DNA from: Wickerhamiella versatilis
Lineage: Eukaryota
Reading direction: 5' to 3'
Length of the DNA stretch: 64,000 bases
Assembly: GCA_030867685.1 (NCBI GenBank)
Contig: JAQOWU010000008.1
Span: 2,790,001 to 2,854,000, forward strand
Part shown: positions 34,493-43,739 of the stretch, piece by piece
Layout: each line of letters starts with the position of its first letter
How positions within the stretch are numbered: position 1 is the stretch's first letter
Translations under genes and position numbers: made by a program
The notes under the pieces: generated by a model
What the model saw: the letters and a program-made list of their open reading frames with translations, nothing else
Told to the model about the DNA's origin: nothing
The model's database searches: none

Positions 34493-35767
34493 TTACAGCA
34501 TCAATAAATCATCGCCAGGAGCAGGGGCCGGCGGGTTTGGAGCATTTTGTTGTGGCTGACTAGGTTGAAACGTCTGATGGAGTGATGATGCTCCAGGATT
34601 CTGCTTAGGTGCCTGATTTGAGAGCCCAGGTGCGGGTGCGGATGCGGATGCAGGTGCACTGGTCTTTGAGGATTCCCAAAGCGACTCAAATAAATCAGTC
34701 TTTTTCTGGGGAGGAGCTGGCTGGGGCTTTTGAGCCGGCTCCGCGGATGCGAAATTGTCGAATCCGAACATGTTTGTTGACATGGAGGGCGACTGGGGCT
34801 GCATCGACGTTGAGGATGGTCCAGCACCAGCAGTGGGCATCGGGGCTGAGAAGAGATCGAGAATGCTATCTTTAGTGTTTGCCGGTGCAGAGTTGGTCGA
34901 GGTTGCTGGTGCCGACTGGAAATCAGCAAATTCATCATCGTCTTCCTTCCCCGCACCCTTGTCGTTATCAAAAGATATAATATCCTCCTTTGCCGCAGTT
35001 TGTGACGTGGCTCCTCCACGGGACGACCTGGATGAGCCGACAGTGGGCCCTGCATCGTACTCTTCGAATTCATCATCACTACCGCCACGAGCACTGTAAG
35101 ATGCTCTATTGAAATCCCTTGCATCCATTGCACCACCGCCATAAATGCCATCAGCAGCGCCACCACCGAATTTACTTGCCCGGAGTTGTTCACTGCCAAA
35201 GCCTCCATACTTCTTTCCTGAGCCCCCGAAGCCACCTCCTACAGAGCTCAATGATCCTACACCGGTTTTCATGTTCAACGCCCGGCTCTTCTTCCGTTCA
35301 GCCCGAATCCTGTCGGTGGATCCCAGGAGCGCGATGAGATCCTCGGCTCGCTTTCTGATACCTTGGCCCTGATCAACCCCATATCTATCAATGTAATGGA
35401 AATGTCGTAGCATGTCAATAACAGCCGTATGGGATCGCGCATAGTCAACCACACGTTCACTTCCATTTTTGATCAAGTAGTCCAGAAGCTGTAGGGCCTT
35501 GAAGATCTGTCTCCATGAAGACGCTGACTTTTCTGTGAAGCGCCGGTAGACAAACGGCATTACCTCATGAAACTGTTGGTAGCCTTGGGTCGCGTCTGCA
35601 ATCTGCTGCATGACGGTCGTCGAGGCACCCCATGGCTCATTGTTTGTAGCTTCCCGGACTTTCGCCTCTATGTCCGAGAAATTAAGTACTGCATTCTGAG
35701 CCTTACGCACGTATGCCTTAACGTCATACAGCGAAACGTTAGACAGTTGATCACGCAGATTATCCAT
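34493..35767 (-). CDS. ENT3: EpsinR-like ENTH-domain clathrin adaptor Ent3
   Basis: SLYDVKAYVRKAQN, VREATNNEPWGAS, WRQIFKALQLLDYL, DDDEFADFQSA, clathrin-box-like DLF/DDLL motifs; ATG at 35767. Confidence 0.9.
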   Translation of the reverse strand: MDNLRDQLSNVSLYDVKAYVRKAQNAVLNFSDIEAKVREATNNEPWGASTTVMQQIADATQGYQQFHEVMPFVYRRFTEKSASSWRQIFKALQLLDYLIKNGSERVVDYARSHTAVIDMLRHFHYIDRYGVDQGQGIRKRAEDLIALLGSTDRIRAERKKSRALNMKTGVGSLSSVGGGFGGSGKKYGGFGSEQLRASKFGGGAADGIYGGGAMDARDFNRASYSARGGSDDEFEEYDAGPTVGSSRSSRGGATSQTAAKEDIISFDNDKGAGKEDDDEFADFQSAPATSTNSAPANTKDSILDLFSAPMPTAGAGPSSTSMQPQSPSMSTNMFGFDNFASAEPAQKPQPAPPQKKTDLFESLWESSKTSAPASASAPAPGLSNQAPKQNPGASSLHQTFQPSQPQQNAPNPPAPAPGDDLLML

Positions 35768-36389
35768 TAGTTCAAGCGAGACTGGACTGGGCGACGGCGT
35801 CGGGTAAGCTGCGTAAGCGAATAACTTTTTGGGCCCATGGGCCGATGAACCAACTGACCTCTGAAACGGTGACTGGAGCCGCAGAATATTTATAGACAAA
35901 GAATGATGCCTTAGAGCCTATTTCTAGACATCATAGTTTATTTTGAGGCATTGTCTGGGTAGGTCTCAATGCATGGTGGCTATAAGTCCAATCCAGCACT
36001 TGAAGTGACATTTTCTTTTGGTTTAATATACCCAATCGCTATATTTATTTAATATGCTTTAAAATAAATCCGCCACAAAAGGTTAACCCCATCAGGAACC
36101 ATGTGGAAGCCAAGAGAGCTCTGCAACTAAGCAGCCACGTCACCACCCTTGCCCCGATTCATATGTTGTTAGATAGTTGTTGCGGATCACGATGCCGGGA
36201 TTAGTTCGTCAAAGGCTTTCTATTACGAGGGATTTCGAGAAGTGTAAGCAGTGAATATATTGTATTGCCTGATATATTTTTTCACGATCATCGATATAAA
36301 GCCCCATTACCAACATGCTATTAACCCTAACCACAACAGGCTTCAGTAGTGGTGGTATATAAGGGCAGCCCCCAGCGGCCGTAAGGCGA

Positions 36390-36917
36390 ATGTTTAAGAG
36401 GCTTTTTAGCACATCTACATCAAAAATGGGTAACAAGGTATTTTTCGACACCGCTGCAAACGGCAAGCCATTGGGCCGCATTGTTTTCAACCTCTACTCT
36501 GAGGAGGTCCCCAAGACCGCTGAGAACTTCCGTGCTCTCGCTACTGGCGAGAAGGGCTTTGGCTACAAGGGCTCCTCTTTCCACCGTGTGATCCCCAACT
36601 TCATGCTCCAGGGTGGTGACTTCACCAACCACAACGGCACTGGTGGTAAGTCTATCTATGGCTCCAAGTTCCCTGATGAGAACTTCACCAAGAAGCACAC
36701 CCGCCCTGGTCTTCTTTCCATGGCCAACGCTGGTCCCAACACCAACGGCTCCCAATTCTTCGTCACCACCGTCCCCTGCCCATGGTTGGACGGCAAGCAC
36801 GTCGTCTTTGGCGAGGTCAGCGATGGCCTTGATGTCGTCAAGAAGATCGAGTCTTTCGGCTCGAACTCTGGCCGCCCCTCCGAGACCATCACCATCACCG
36901 ACTCTGGTGAGCTGTAA
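36390..36917 (+). CDS. CPR1: Cyclophilin A peptidyl-prolyl isomerase; two in-frame ATGs (36390 mitochondrial-type, 36426 cytosolic)
   Basis: [52 protein letters not shown]; strong codon bias. Confidence 0.95.
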   Translation: MFKRLFSTSTSKMGNKVFFDTAANGKPLGRIVFNLYSEEVPKTAENFRALATGEKGFGYKGSSFHRVIPNFMLQGGDFTNHNGTGGKSIYGSKFPDENFTKKHTRPGLLSMANAGPNTNGSQFFVTTVPCPWLDGKHVVFGEVSDGLDVVKKIESFGSNSGRPSETITITDSGEL

Positions 36918-37169
36918 ATGTCTCGTTTCTTAAGCTAACCGTTATGTCTTATCTAGATTAGAGATGTATATGAAAATGAAGATTTCCAAATTTTCTGTTT
37001 ATGTTTTTTGTCCGTTGCTGCAGCTGCTCCGCGCAGGCTATTTAGGGTCATCAGAGATTTAGAAATTAGAAATTAATATAGTATGTATTTAGGCCCCACA
37101 TCCACCCACAATGCATTTAGGATTAAGTACTTAGCTTGTTGGATTTGTGATAGGTGGTTCTCTGCTGAC

Positions 37170-37730
37170 ATGGGCGCGACGCGCCGGCGTGGGCGGGCAG
37201 CACAGGGCCATTTTGGACTAACTGGCCGCTACTACCCGCCTCAGTCTGCAGCAGCCGATGCGCCTCGCCCTCATGTCGTGGTGGATCCAGGCGAGGCTGT
37301 GGCAAGCATACGTCATTTCGCCCGTCGACTGAGGGTGCCACCACAGGCCGATGTCGAGGACTTATTGCGAATTAGAAAGTTTAGCAACCCATCATTATTC
37401 CATTCAGCACGAGGGCCACCAGAGGGCCTGGAAATGCAACTTTTATGTCTACTGCATGGATTCCCGCGTCATTCGCCAGTTCGGGTAATCCGGCAGCAGG
37501 AAACATCTGAAGAGGAGGTCATAGACTTCTTGAAACCCACAGTTTGCATCAGCTTGCCGAAGCGAGAACACGAAGCCCCGACTCAATTTTATGAGGCGGA
37601 GGTTCCGGATAGCGAGCCTGAGTGCGACATTGGGGTTTCTACCAAACTAAAAAGCCCCGTGCGGGTTACGGCTTCGAGTGCGCAAAAACACTCCGAATGC
37701 CAAGACCCCGATCGCCAAAGCAATCCGTAG
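37170..37730 (+). CDS. Hypothetical protein (186 aa; 3' end overlaps GYP8)
   Basis: ORF filling a gene-sized gap; likely ATG at 37170; acidic EVPDSE motif; no family recognised. Confidence 0.4.
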   Translation: MGATRRRGRAAQGHFGLTGRYYPPQSAAADAPRPHVVVDPGEAVASIRHFARRLRVPPQADVEDLLRIRKFSNPSLFHSARGPPEGLEMQLLCLLHGFPRHSPVRVIRQQETSEEEVIDFLKPTVCISLPKREHEAPTQFYEAEVPDSEPECDIGVSTKLKSPVRVTASSAQKHSECQDPDRQSNP

Positions 37731-38492
37731 CCCGAAGGGCGATCGTTTCTGATGATGTGCAGCGTGTTGGGAAAGCAGTTTGAGTTCCTTTACTGCCTGG
37801 GCTGGCCGGAGTTTCGCACTCGTCTTCAGCACAGAGTGGCGGCTTATTTTCTTCCATCCTGCAAGCTTTGCCAGAGGGACTTTCTTCTCCAGGTCCTTAG
37901 CAAGAATGGTGGCACGGGCCCATTTTCGAGGAAGTTCAGCCGCTACGTGCTGAAGTGAGCTCAAATAAGCATCCTTATCAACAACAGGCTGTCGCTGCCA
38001 GCATAAAATGCATAATGCCGCATAAATATATATACAATTTTTTAGTCCCATCCCAATGCAGCGCCTGGCCACATGTGGATCCTCGATGTCATGCGTAAGA
38101 AGTGTAAGGAGTGGTGCGACTGCGAATAGCGATGCGTGCACAGTTTCCTGTTGGGATTTCACTATCCAGCCAAACGAGTTGCGATCCGCCTTCGCAAGCA
38201 ATTGGGGCACAAGTGTCACAATCGCGAGGGTCGGTTCAATATTGGGCGTCATGAAATCGCGGAGCTGTCGTAGCGTGACATTTTCGAGCTCAGAAACTGA
38301 CTTACAATGAATTGCAATATCGTGAAAACCCTGGTAATAATGAAGACCAGGGTGTTTTTCCAGCACGGCCATCACCCGGTCCTCGAGCTCGCGTTTTTCG
38401 CTCACCGACAAAGGCGTTCGCTCAACGTCCAGCCTAACCTGACGGGCATCTGGGTGTGCACACTGCTTCTGCTGCTGCTGCTGTTGGCCCAT
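37647..38492 (-). CDS. GYP8: TBC-domain Rab GAP, Gyp8/TBC1D20-like
   Basis: Arg finger QVRLDVERT, Gln finger LHYYQGFHDI, LRDFM, LLTHDI, C-terminal TM helix; ATG at 38492. Confidence 0.82.
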   Translation of the reverse strand: MGQQQQQQKQCAHPDARQVRLDVERTPLSVSEKRELEDRVMAVLEKHPGLHYYQGFHDIAIHCKSVSELENVTLRQLRDFMTPNIEPTLAIVTLVPQLLAKADRNSFGWIVKSQQETVHASLFAVAPLLTLLTHDIEDPHVARRCIGMGLKNCIYIYAALCILCWQRQPVVDKDAYLSSLQHVAAELPRKWARATILAKDLEKKVPLAKLAGWKKISRHSVLKTSAKLRPAQAVKELKLLSQHAAHHQKRSPFGLRIALAIGVLAFGVFLRTRSRNPHGAF

Positions 38493-38752
38493 GTCTAGCC
38501 GGTGTGAGTAGGACAACGGAGGAAAATGCGCCTGTATGTCCAACCGACTTCTAGTTCTGGGTGGACAAAGCCTTCTGTAATAAGCAGTAGTTTTATAGAG
38601 TGCCCCTAATTACACGGCGGATAAACCCTAGTAGTAATTGGGTTGAGAATGATGACTGGGTAATAAATTGATAGAGGTTTAGCTGAGCTGGCCCCACCAC
38701 ACATTCCACTGCGGTTATTTTCCACCAAACCCAACGCGGTAATTAATAGCTT

Positions 38753-39610
38753 ATGGCACTACTGGGCCGTGGTCGATTTAGTGAGGTGGTGCAGGACGCC
38801 AAGTCAGCTAGTGTGGCTATTAAAAAGATAGACAAGGACTTATTACAGGCTCCTCACAGCTACAAGGCTGAGCTCAAGGCCTTAGAGTTGCTTCAAGGCT
38901 CGCAGAATATCTTGCAATTTCTCGGGCTGGATTCTCGCGCTCCCTTCGATGAGGTATGGATCCGGATGCCGTACTATCAATTTACCCTCGAGCAGGTGAT
39001 TTTTCATTATGCCAAAGCGAAGTATCCACCGGGAAGTGGATGGAGGAACGTCATGCCCACCGATACCGTTAAAAGAATCGTGGGTGGAATTGCCCGTGCA
39101 CTAGCGGCAATTCACGAGAAACAAATCATTCACCGAGACGTGAAGCCCGAAAATGTATTGTTCGCATCGTTGGATGGGGAGCCTACTTTGGTTGACTTCG
39201 GCGTAGCCTGGGTCCCTGGTGTCGGAGAGGAACCTAAGGTGTGCGATGTTTCAACCGGGGAATATAAGGCACCGGAACTACTTTATGGATTGCATAACTA
39301 CACTAATAAGATTGATATATGGTCTCTCGGTTGCATTTGGGCTCGTCTAGTGGGCCAAGATTGCCAGTCATTATTTTCGCCCTTTGTGAGCGATATATCA
39401 CTTGTGGGTGCTCAATTCGATCTTCTTGGTTCGCCCTCACTGGCGGAATGTCCCAGCCTGCGGGGCAGTCTTGTGGAGAATCTCGCTGTGGTCAATCCAC
39501 CGCGACCTCCTAGGGTGGCAGCAGAGCCACTGGCCCTTCTAGATTATGAATGGACCCGCAGACCAAGTGCGGAAGATGTGCTTAAAGTTTTTGACCTAGA
39601 ATTACGATAA
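38753..39610 (+). CDS. CAK1: Monomeric CDK-activating kinase, Cak1/Csk1-like
   Basis: Degenerate Gly loop GRGRFSEV, PHS...E in place of PSTAIRE, HRDVKPEN, DFGVAW, DVSTGEYKAPELLYG. Confidence 0.75.
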   Translation: MALLGRGRFSEVVQDAKSASVAIKKIDKDLLQAPHSYKAELKALELLQGSQNILQFLGLDSRAPFDEVWIRMPYYQFTLEQVIFHYAKAKYPPGSGWRNVMPTDTVKRIVGGIARALAAIHEKQIIHRDVKPENVLFASLDGEPTLVDFGVAWVPGVGEEPKVCDVSTGEYKAPELLYGLHNYTNKIDIWSLGCIWARLVGQDCQSLFSPFVSDISLVGAQFDLLGSPSLAECPSLRGSLVENLAVVNPPRPPRVAAEPLALLDYEWTRRPSAEDVLKVFDLELR

Positions 39611-39670
39611 ATTAATTATGGTTCGTACTTTTGGGACCAGCTAGGAAAGGTCAGTAGACTCTGGTTAGAG

Positions 39671-40840
39671 TTATACCCAGAGTTCTCTGAACTTGTTTTT
39701 CGCCCGTGACCGAAGTTTTCGACATTCAACTTCAGGACATTGCTTCGCCTTTCCCTGAGCTTTTGAGATGTCAAAGGCGCACCGCCCGCAGTACACATGT
39801 TGACACCCTCTGGCAAATACTCTTCGTGAGAGGAGTAAATCTTTACCCTGCAGCGTTTTGTCGCCTTCCCCAAGGGTACACTTGCAGCTAATACACTCAA
39901 CATTATCACAAGCTTGGCGAGTGAATCCAGGGGATGCCGGCTGAGGGTCTGGTGGTTTGCGGATTTGATCTACTGACAGTTGTTTGCGGCTGGAAGTTTC
40001 ATCAAGGCTATGCATAAGTGCGTGCTCGAGCATTCGGTGCTCCAGAGACCCTAACTCATCACCTCCCTGCCGGGGTCCGAAGTTGCCCATAAAGCCCGAA
40101 TACTGTTGAGGGGGAGACATATTCCAAGAGGCCCTTGTGGATTCCGCTGCTGTGGGGGGCCGGAATAATACCCGGTTATGACTTCTCGTGGGTGGGCGCT
40201 GGCGCCGTGACCTACGCTGTGGCGTGGCCAGTCGCCGGCTCGTAGGGAACACATGTATGTCATTAATGTTACGGAAAATGCGAGAGAGATCACCAAAGAA
40301 ATGGGTAAGTTGGCCATTATATACCTCATCGTCAATCTCCTGTTCGAACACAGCATCGATATCTTGGTCGCCATCGGGCTGGGGCTCATAGTCCGGATCG
40401 TTATCCGGATCGTCTAAATCATCCCGGGCAACTGCTCCCCAGGTCCTTGATGGCGCTTGCTGAGGTGGCATTCCGAATGCAAGAAGAGGCATATCTGGGC
40501 GAGGTTCTGTTTGCCCTGACGATTGGGCAATGTTTGCTCGTCGTCTATGCTCCTGCCGAATGCGCTCCAGACGTTGCTGAGAAGTCAATGGTCTTGCACT
40601 GACGACCTGGATATCCTCGCAACTATTATTTTGACGTTGTGACAGCTGTGGCCGCTGCTGCCGTTGTGACTCAGGCAATTGTGGCGGGGATACCTGCCGC
40701 ATCTCAACAACCACAACCTCGTCCTCTGAGGACTCAGTGGAGCGACGTTCCCGTCTTTGCCGCTCATTGAGTCCTCCGTTCACATTTTGAGTTTCTCTTG
40801 ACTGAGTGTCCTCCCCAGTCAGGTCAATGTATTCAGGCAT
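39671..40840 (-). CDS. SLX5: SUMO-targeted ubiquitin ligase subunit Slx5 (SIMs + split RING)
   Basis: SIM motifs YIDLT, EVVVVE, DIQVVS; GFTR; RING CISCKCTLGEG...LSRRVF..CQHVYCGRC...CPEVEC. Confidence 0.78.
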   Translation of the reverse strand: MPEYIDLTGEDTQSRETQNVNGGLNERQRRERRSTESSEDEVVVVEMRQVSPPQLPESQRQQRPQLSQRQNNSCEDIQVVSARPLTSQQRLERIRQEHRRRANIAQSSGQTEPRPDMPLLAFGMPPQQAPSRTWGAVARDDLDDPDNDPDYEPQPDGDQDIDAVFEQEIDDEVYNGQLTHFFGDLSRIFRNINDIHVFPTSRRLATPQRRSRRQRPPTRSHNRVLFRPPTAAESTRASWNMSPPQQYSGFMGNFGPRQGGDELGSLEHRMLEHALMHSLDETSSRKQLSVDQIRKPPDPQPASPGFTRQACDNVECISCKCTLGEGDKTLQGKDLLLSRRVFARGCQHVYCGRCAFDISKAQGKAKQCPEVECRKLRSRAKNKFRELWV

Positions 40841-41070
40841 CACTTAGAAGATCCAGCTTCTACGGACTCAAAACAGAGCGACCTCGGGGTCCAATACAGA
40901 TTATTTAATCAAACGCTCCCAAAAAGTATATTACCATAGGGCTCGACCTATTAATAAGTTTACTCTAGATCTTATCACATATTACATAACTTTAAGGTCA
41001 AAAGCCCTAGTACAGTCACAAAATTCTACTCACTCTTTCTCGGCGAGTCGGATTGTCCAGTACTCCAAAA

Positions 41071-42234
41071 ATGTCCCACCGTAAGTACGAAGAGCCTCGC
41101 TCCGGTTCGTTGGCATTCTTGCCCCGCAAGCGTGCGTCCTCGCCCCGTGGTCGGGTGAAGGCTTTCCCCAAGGACGACAAGAGCAAGCCAGTCCACCTCA
41201 CCGCCTTCCTCGGTTACAAGGCCGGTATGACCACCATTGTCCGTGACCTTGACCGTCGTGGATCCAAGATGCACCAGAGGGAGATCGTTGAGGCTGCCAC
41301 CGTTGTCGACACCCCACCCCTCGTTGTTGTTGGTGTTGTTGGCTACGTCGAGACCCCCAAGGGCCTCCGAAGCCTTACCACCGTGTGGGCCGAGCACCTT
41401 AGTGATGAGGTCAAGCGCCGCTTCTACAAGAACTGGTACAAGTCCAAGAAGAAGGCCTTCACTTCTTACGCCAAGAAGTACGCTGAGGGCACCTCTTCTA
41501 TCGAGACCGAGCTCGAGCGCATCACCAAGTACGCCTCGGTTGTCCGTGTCCTCGCCCACACCCAGATCCGCAAGACTCCTGTTGGCCAGAAGAAGGCCCA
41601 CCTTGCTGAGATCCAGGTCAACGGTGGCTCCATTGCCGACAAGGTCGCCTGGGCTAAGGAGCACTTCGAGAAGACCGTCGACGTCTCTTCTGTCTTCGAG
41701 CACGAGGAGAACGTTGATGTGACCGCCGTCACCAAGGGTAAAGGTTACGAGGGTGTTACTGCCCGTTGGGGTACCACCAAGCTTCCCCGTAAGACTCACC
41801 GTGGTCTTCGTAAGGTTGCCTGCATTGGTTCTTGGCACCCCCACAACGTGCAGTGGACTGTCGCCCGTTCTGGTCAGGACGGTTTCCACCGCCGTACCTC
41901 GCTCCACCACAAGATTTACCGTATCGGTAAGGGTGAGGACAAGGCCAACGCTGCCACCAACTTCGACAAGACCGAGAAGACCATCACCCCCATGGGTGGC
42001 TTCCCCCACTACGGTGAGGTCAACAACGACTTCCTTCTTATCAAGGGCTCTGTCCCTGGTACTAAGAAGCGTGTTCTTACCATCCGTAAGCCTCTGAAGG
42101 TCCACACCTCTCGTATCCACACCGAGACCATCGACCTTAAGTGGATCGACACTGCCTCCAAGTATGGTAAGGGCCGTTTCCAGACTCCTGCCGAGAAGGC
42201 TCAGTTCCTTGGCACCCTCAAGAAGGACCTTTAA
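41071..42234 (+). CDS. RPL3: 60S ribosomal protein L3 (uL3)
   Basis: [45 protein letters not shown]; extreme codon bias. Confidence 0.98.
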   Translation: MSHRKYEEPRSGSLAFLPRKRASSPRGRVKAFPKDDKSKPVHLTAFLGYKAGMTTIVRDLDRRGSKMHQREIVEAATVVDTPPLVVVGVVGYVETPKGLRSLTTVWAEHLSDEVKRRFYKNWYKSKKKAFTSYAKKYAEGTSSIETELERITKYASVVRVLAHTQIRKTPVGQKKAHLAEIQVNGGSIADKVAWAKEHFEKTVDVSSVFEHEENVDVTAVTKGKGYEGVTARWGTTKLPRKTHRGLRKVACIGSWHPHNVQWTVARSGQDGFHRRTSLHHKIYRIGKGEDKANAATNFDKTEKTITPMGGFPHYGEVNNDFLLIKGSVPGTKKRVLTIRKPLKVHTSRIHTETIDLKWIDTASKYGKGRFQTPAEKAQFLGTLKKDL

Positions 42235-42425
42235 GCGTCTTAATAGATGTCAAGCTAACTTATAGTTTCATAAAAAAACTTCTGTCTATAAGCTTTAGCT
42301 ACTAAAAACAAGCAGGCTATATATTCGTAATAGTCATGGGATAATGGATGATATTAGAAGCAATTAGGGAACTACCAACCCTGTCAGCGAGCCGGTGCGA
42401 AGCAACGCCATCATTCATTGTCGGC

Positions 42426-42857
42426 TTATTGTACATCTGGTGACTCTGCCGTGGTGGTCTGCTGCTCCACGCGGTTAATATCCATGGCTTCACCCGCTTC
42501 AATATCTTGCAATAATTCCTTTTCAATCGCTCTTTCAAGATTAACAAAGTCGATCACAGCGTGTAGGTCAGTCGCGTCTGCAGAAAGGACCTGCTCATTG
42601 GTACCAAGCCTCGCATCCACAACGCTCTCCCAAAGACTCTGGAACGCTGAAGAGCTAGGGGATGTTATGGCAGGACGCTTACTGCTCGCCCTACTACGGC
42701 GTGGTACCGCAGAGGGAGTAAGTGGAGAGTGTGCAAAACGTTTAGCTCCTGAATGCCTCGGTGTGGGCTCATTCGCCCGTGAAGAAACGTCAATAAGGGG
42801 CTCACGAGATGTACGCATCGTCCGTGGTGAATTCCTGGCCTCTGAGGCCAACCTCAT
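42426..42857 (-). CDS. Small hypothetical protein with a D-box-like motif and several S/T-P sites
   Basis: 143-aa ATG ORF; REPLIDVS motif, basic disordered N-half, acidic helical C-half; divergent from the 42990 ORF. Confidence 0.55.
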   Translation of the reverse strand: MRLASEARNSPRTMRTSREPLIDVSSRANEPTPRHSGAKRFAHSPLTPSAVPRRSRASSKRPAITSPSSSAFQSLWESVVDARLGTNEQVLSADATDLHAVIDFVNLERAIEKELLQDIEAGEAMDINRVEQQTTTAESPDVQ

Positions 42858-42885
42858 TTGAATAAGCTACTTTCTGGAAATCAAG

Positions 42886-42982
42886 ACGCGTCCTCAAGCA
42901 CGGCAAGATTAGTCACCCGTATACGCGAGCCTCAACAAGCAAACCTGAGTTTTTGTCACGTTACAGTCGGGCATAAACGCGT
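42886..42982. promoter_or_regulatory. MCB (MBF-binding) elements in a short divergent promoter
   Basis: ACGCGT at 42886-42891 and 42977-42982, ACGCGA at 42923-42928. Confidence 0.5.
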
Positions 42983-42989
42983 TCAGACA

Positions 42990-43256
42990 ATGTTGGATAC
43001 CTCCGCAGATAAGGAGAATGTACCACCGGCATCGTATGCACAGCCGCCAATTTCGAAAGGTAAAGGGGCTCGTAGGCCTTTGCAGGATATCAGCCCTGCG
43101 CCCGACTCAACAACCTCTGGATGGATTCGCTCTGACAACACTTCCACGGCAGAGACTATAAAGCAGGATAACTCAGAGAGAAGCCCGTCACCAACTCCTC
43201 AACCGAAGAAGAACTTCCGTCGGCCCAGAAGCACAAAGATCGGACATATGCGGTGA
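42990..43256 (+). CDS. Small Mes1-like candidate APC/C pseudosubstrate inhibitor (88 aa)
   Basis: KEN box DKENVPP, D box RRPLQDIS, C-terminal ...GHMR tail; ATG in acaATG context. Confidence 0.72.
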   Translation: MLDTSADKENVPPASYAQPPISKGKGARRPLQDISPAPDSTTSGWIRSDNTSTAETIKQDNSERSPSPTPQPKKNFRRPRSTKIGHMR

Positions 43257-43267
43257 TGCGTTTTTCT

Positions 43268-43489
43268 TCACTCCTCTCGAGGTTTCTTAACCATCCTAGA
43301 GGTAAGAAACTGGTTGACTTGATGTTGGACGCTCGCAACGTCCTTGCGGAGCTCAGCCAACGGTGCTGTCGGGCGAGGCGGGTCTAGTGCGTCCCGTGAA
43401 GTATCCTGTGGAGGAGGTGTGGTTTCTGTTGCCCGTGAGAATGTATGCTCCTCACTACCGTTTTGGTATATCGCAGTTAGAGCAGTCAT
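43268..43489 (-). CDS. GON7: EKC/KEOPS complex subunit Gon7
   Basis: 73 aa from ATG 43489; LTAIY...HTF and LAELRKDVASVQHQVNQFLTSRM match the Gon7 pattern L..LR.....LQ..IN.FLT.RM. Confidence 0.82.
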   Translation of the reverse strand: MTALTAIYQNGSEEHTFSRATETTPPPQDTSRDALDPPRPTAPLAELRKDVASVQHQVNQFLTSRMVKKPREE

Positions 43490-43739
43490 GCAAGCAGCTG
43501 ACACACCCCTATCCGTCCTGTAGCTTGAGTCAAGTTGTGCGGTGGCCTTCAAAAGACTGCTGGCGTACAACGATACCCTTACTATTTTTCTAAGATTAAA
43601 TTATTATTCTCCAATGCGTCATAATTTCATGAGTCGTGAAACAGTAGTGGAGCCCTGAAGCTCTCTAGAGTTCAAGCTAAAAACAGTATCATATAGAAGA
43701 GCACTAGCTAGCAATATATAACGCATCATTTATCTTAAT

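Noticed and set aside
34501-35235. 244-aa alternative-frame ORF inside ENT3
   Set aside because: Same-strand shifted frame in a GC-rich low-complexity region; no recognisable motifs
35768-35899. Non-ATG N-terminal extensions reported by the ORF track (ENT3, THG1, PUF3, GON7, GYP8, HSV2)
   Set aside because: TTG/GTG starts are artefacts of a prokaryote-style ORF caller; conserved sequence begins at the downstream ATG
38650-38686. ATGATGA...CTGA resembling C/D snoRNA boxes
   Set aside because: Spacing too short and no evident guide sequence or terminal stem
41026-42120. 364-aa antisense ORF over RPL3 (likewise antisense ORFs over CPR1, YNK1 and CDC19)
   Set aside because: Expected shadow of strong codon bias in highly expressed genes; no independent protein features
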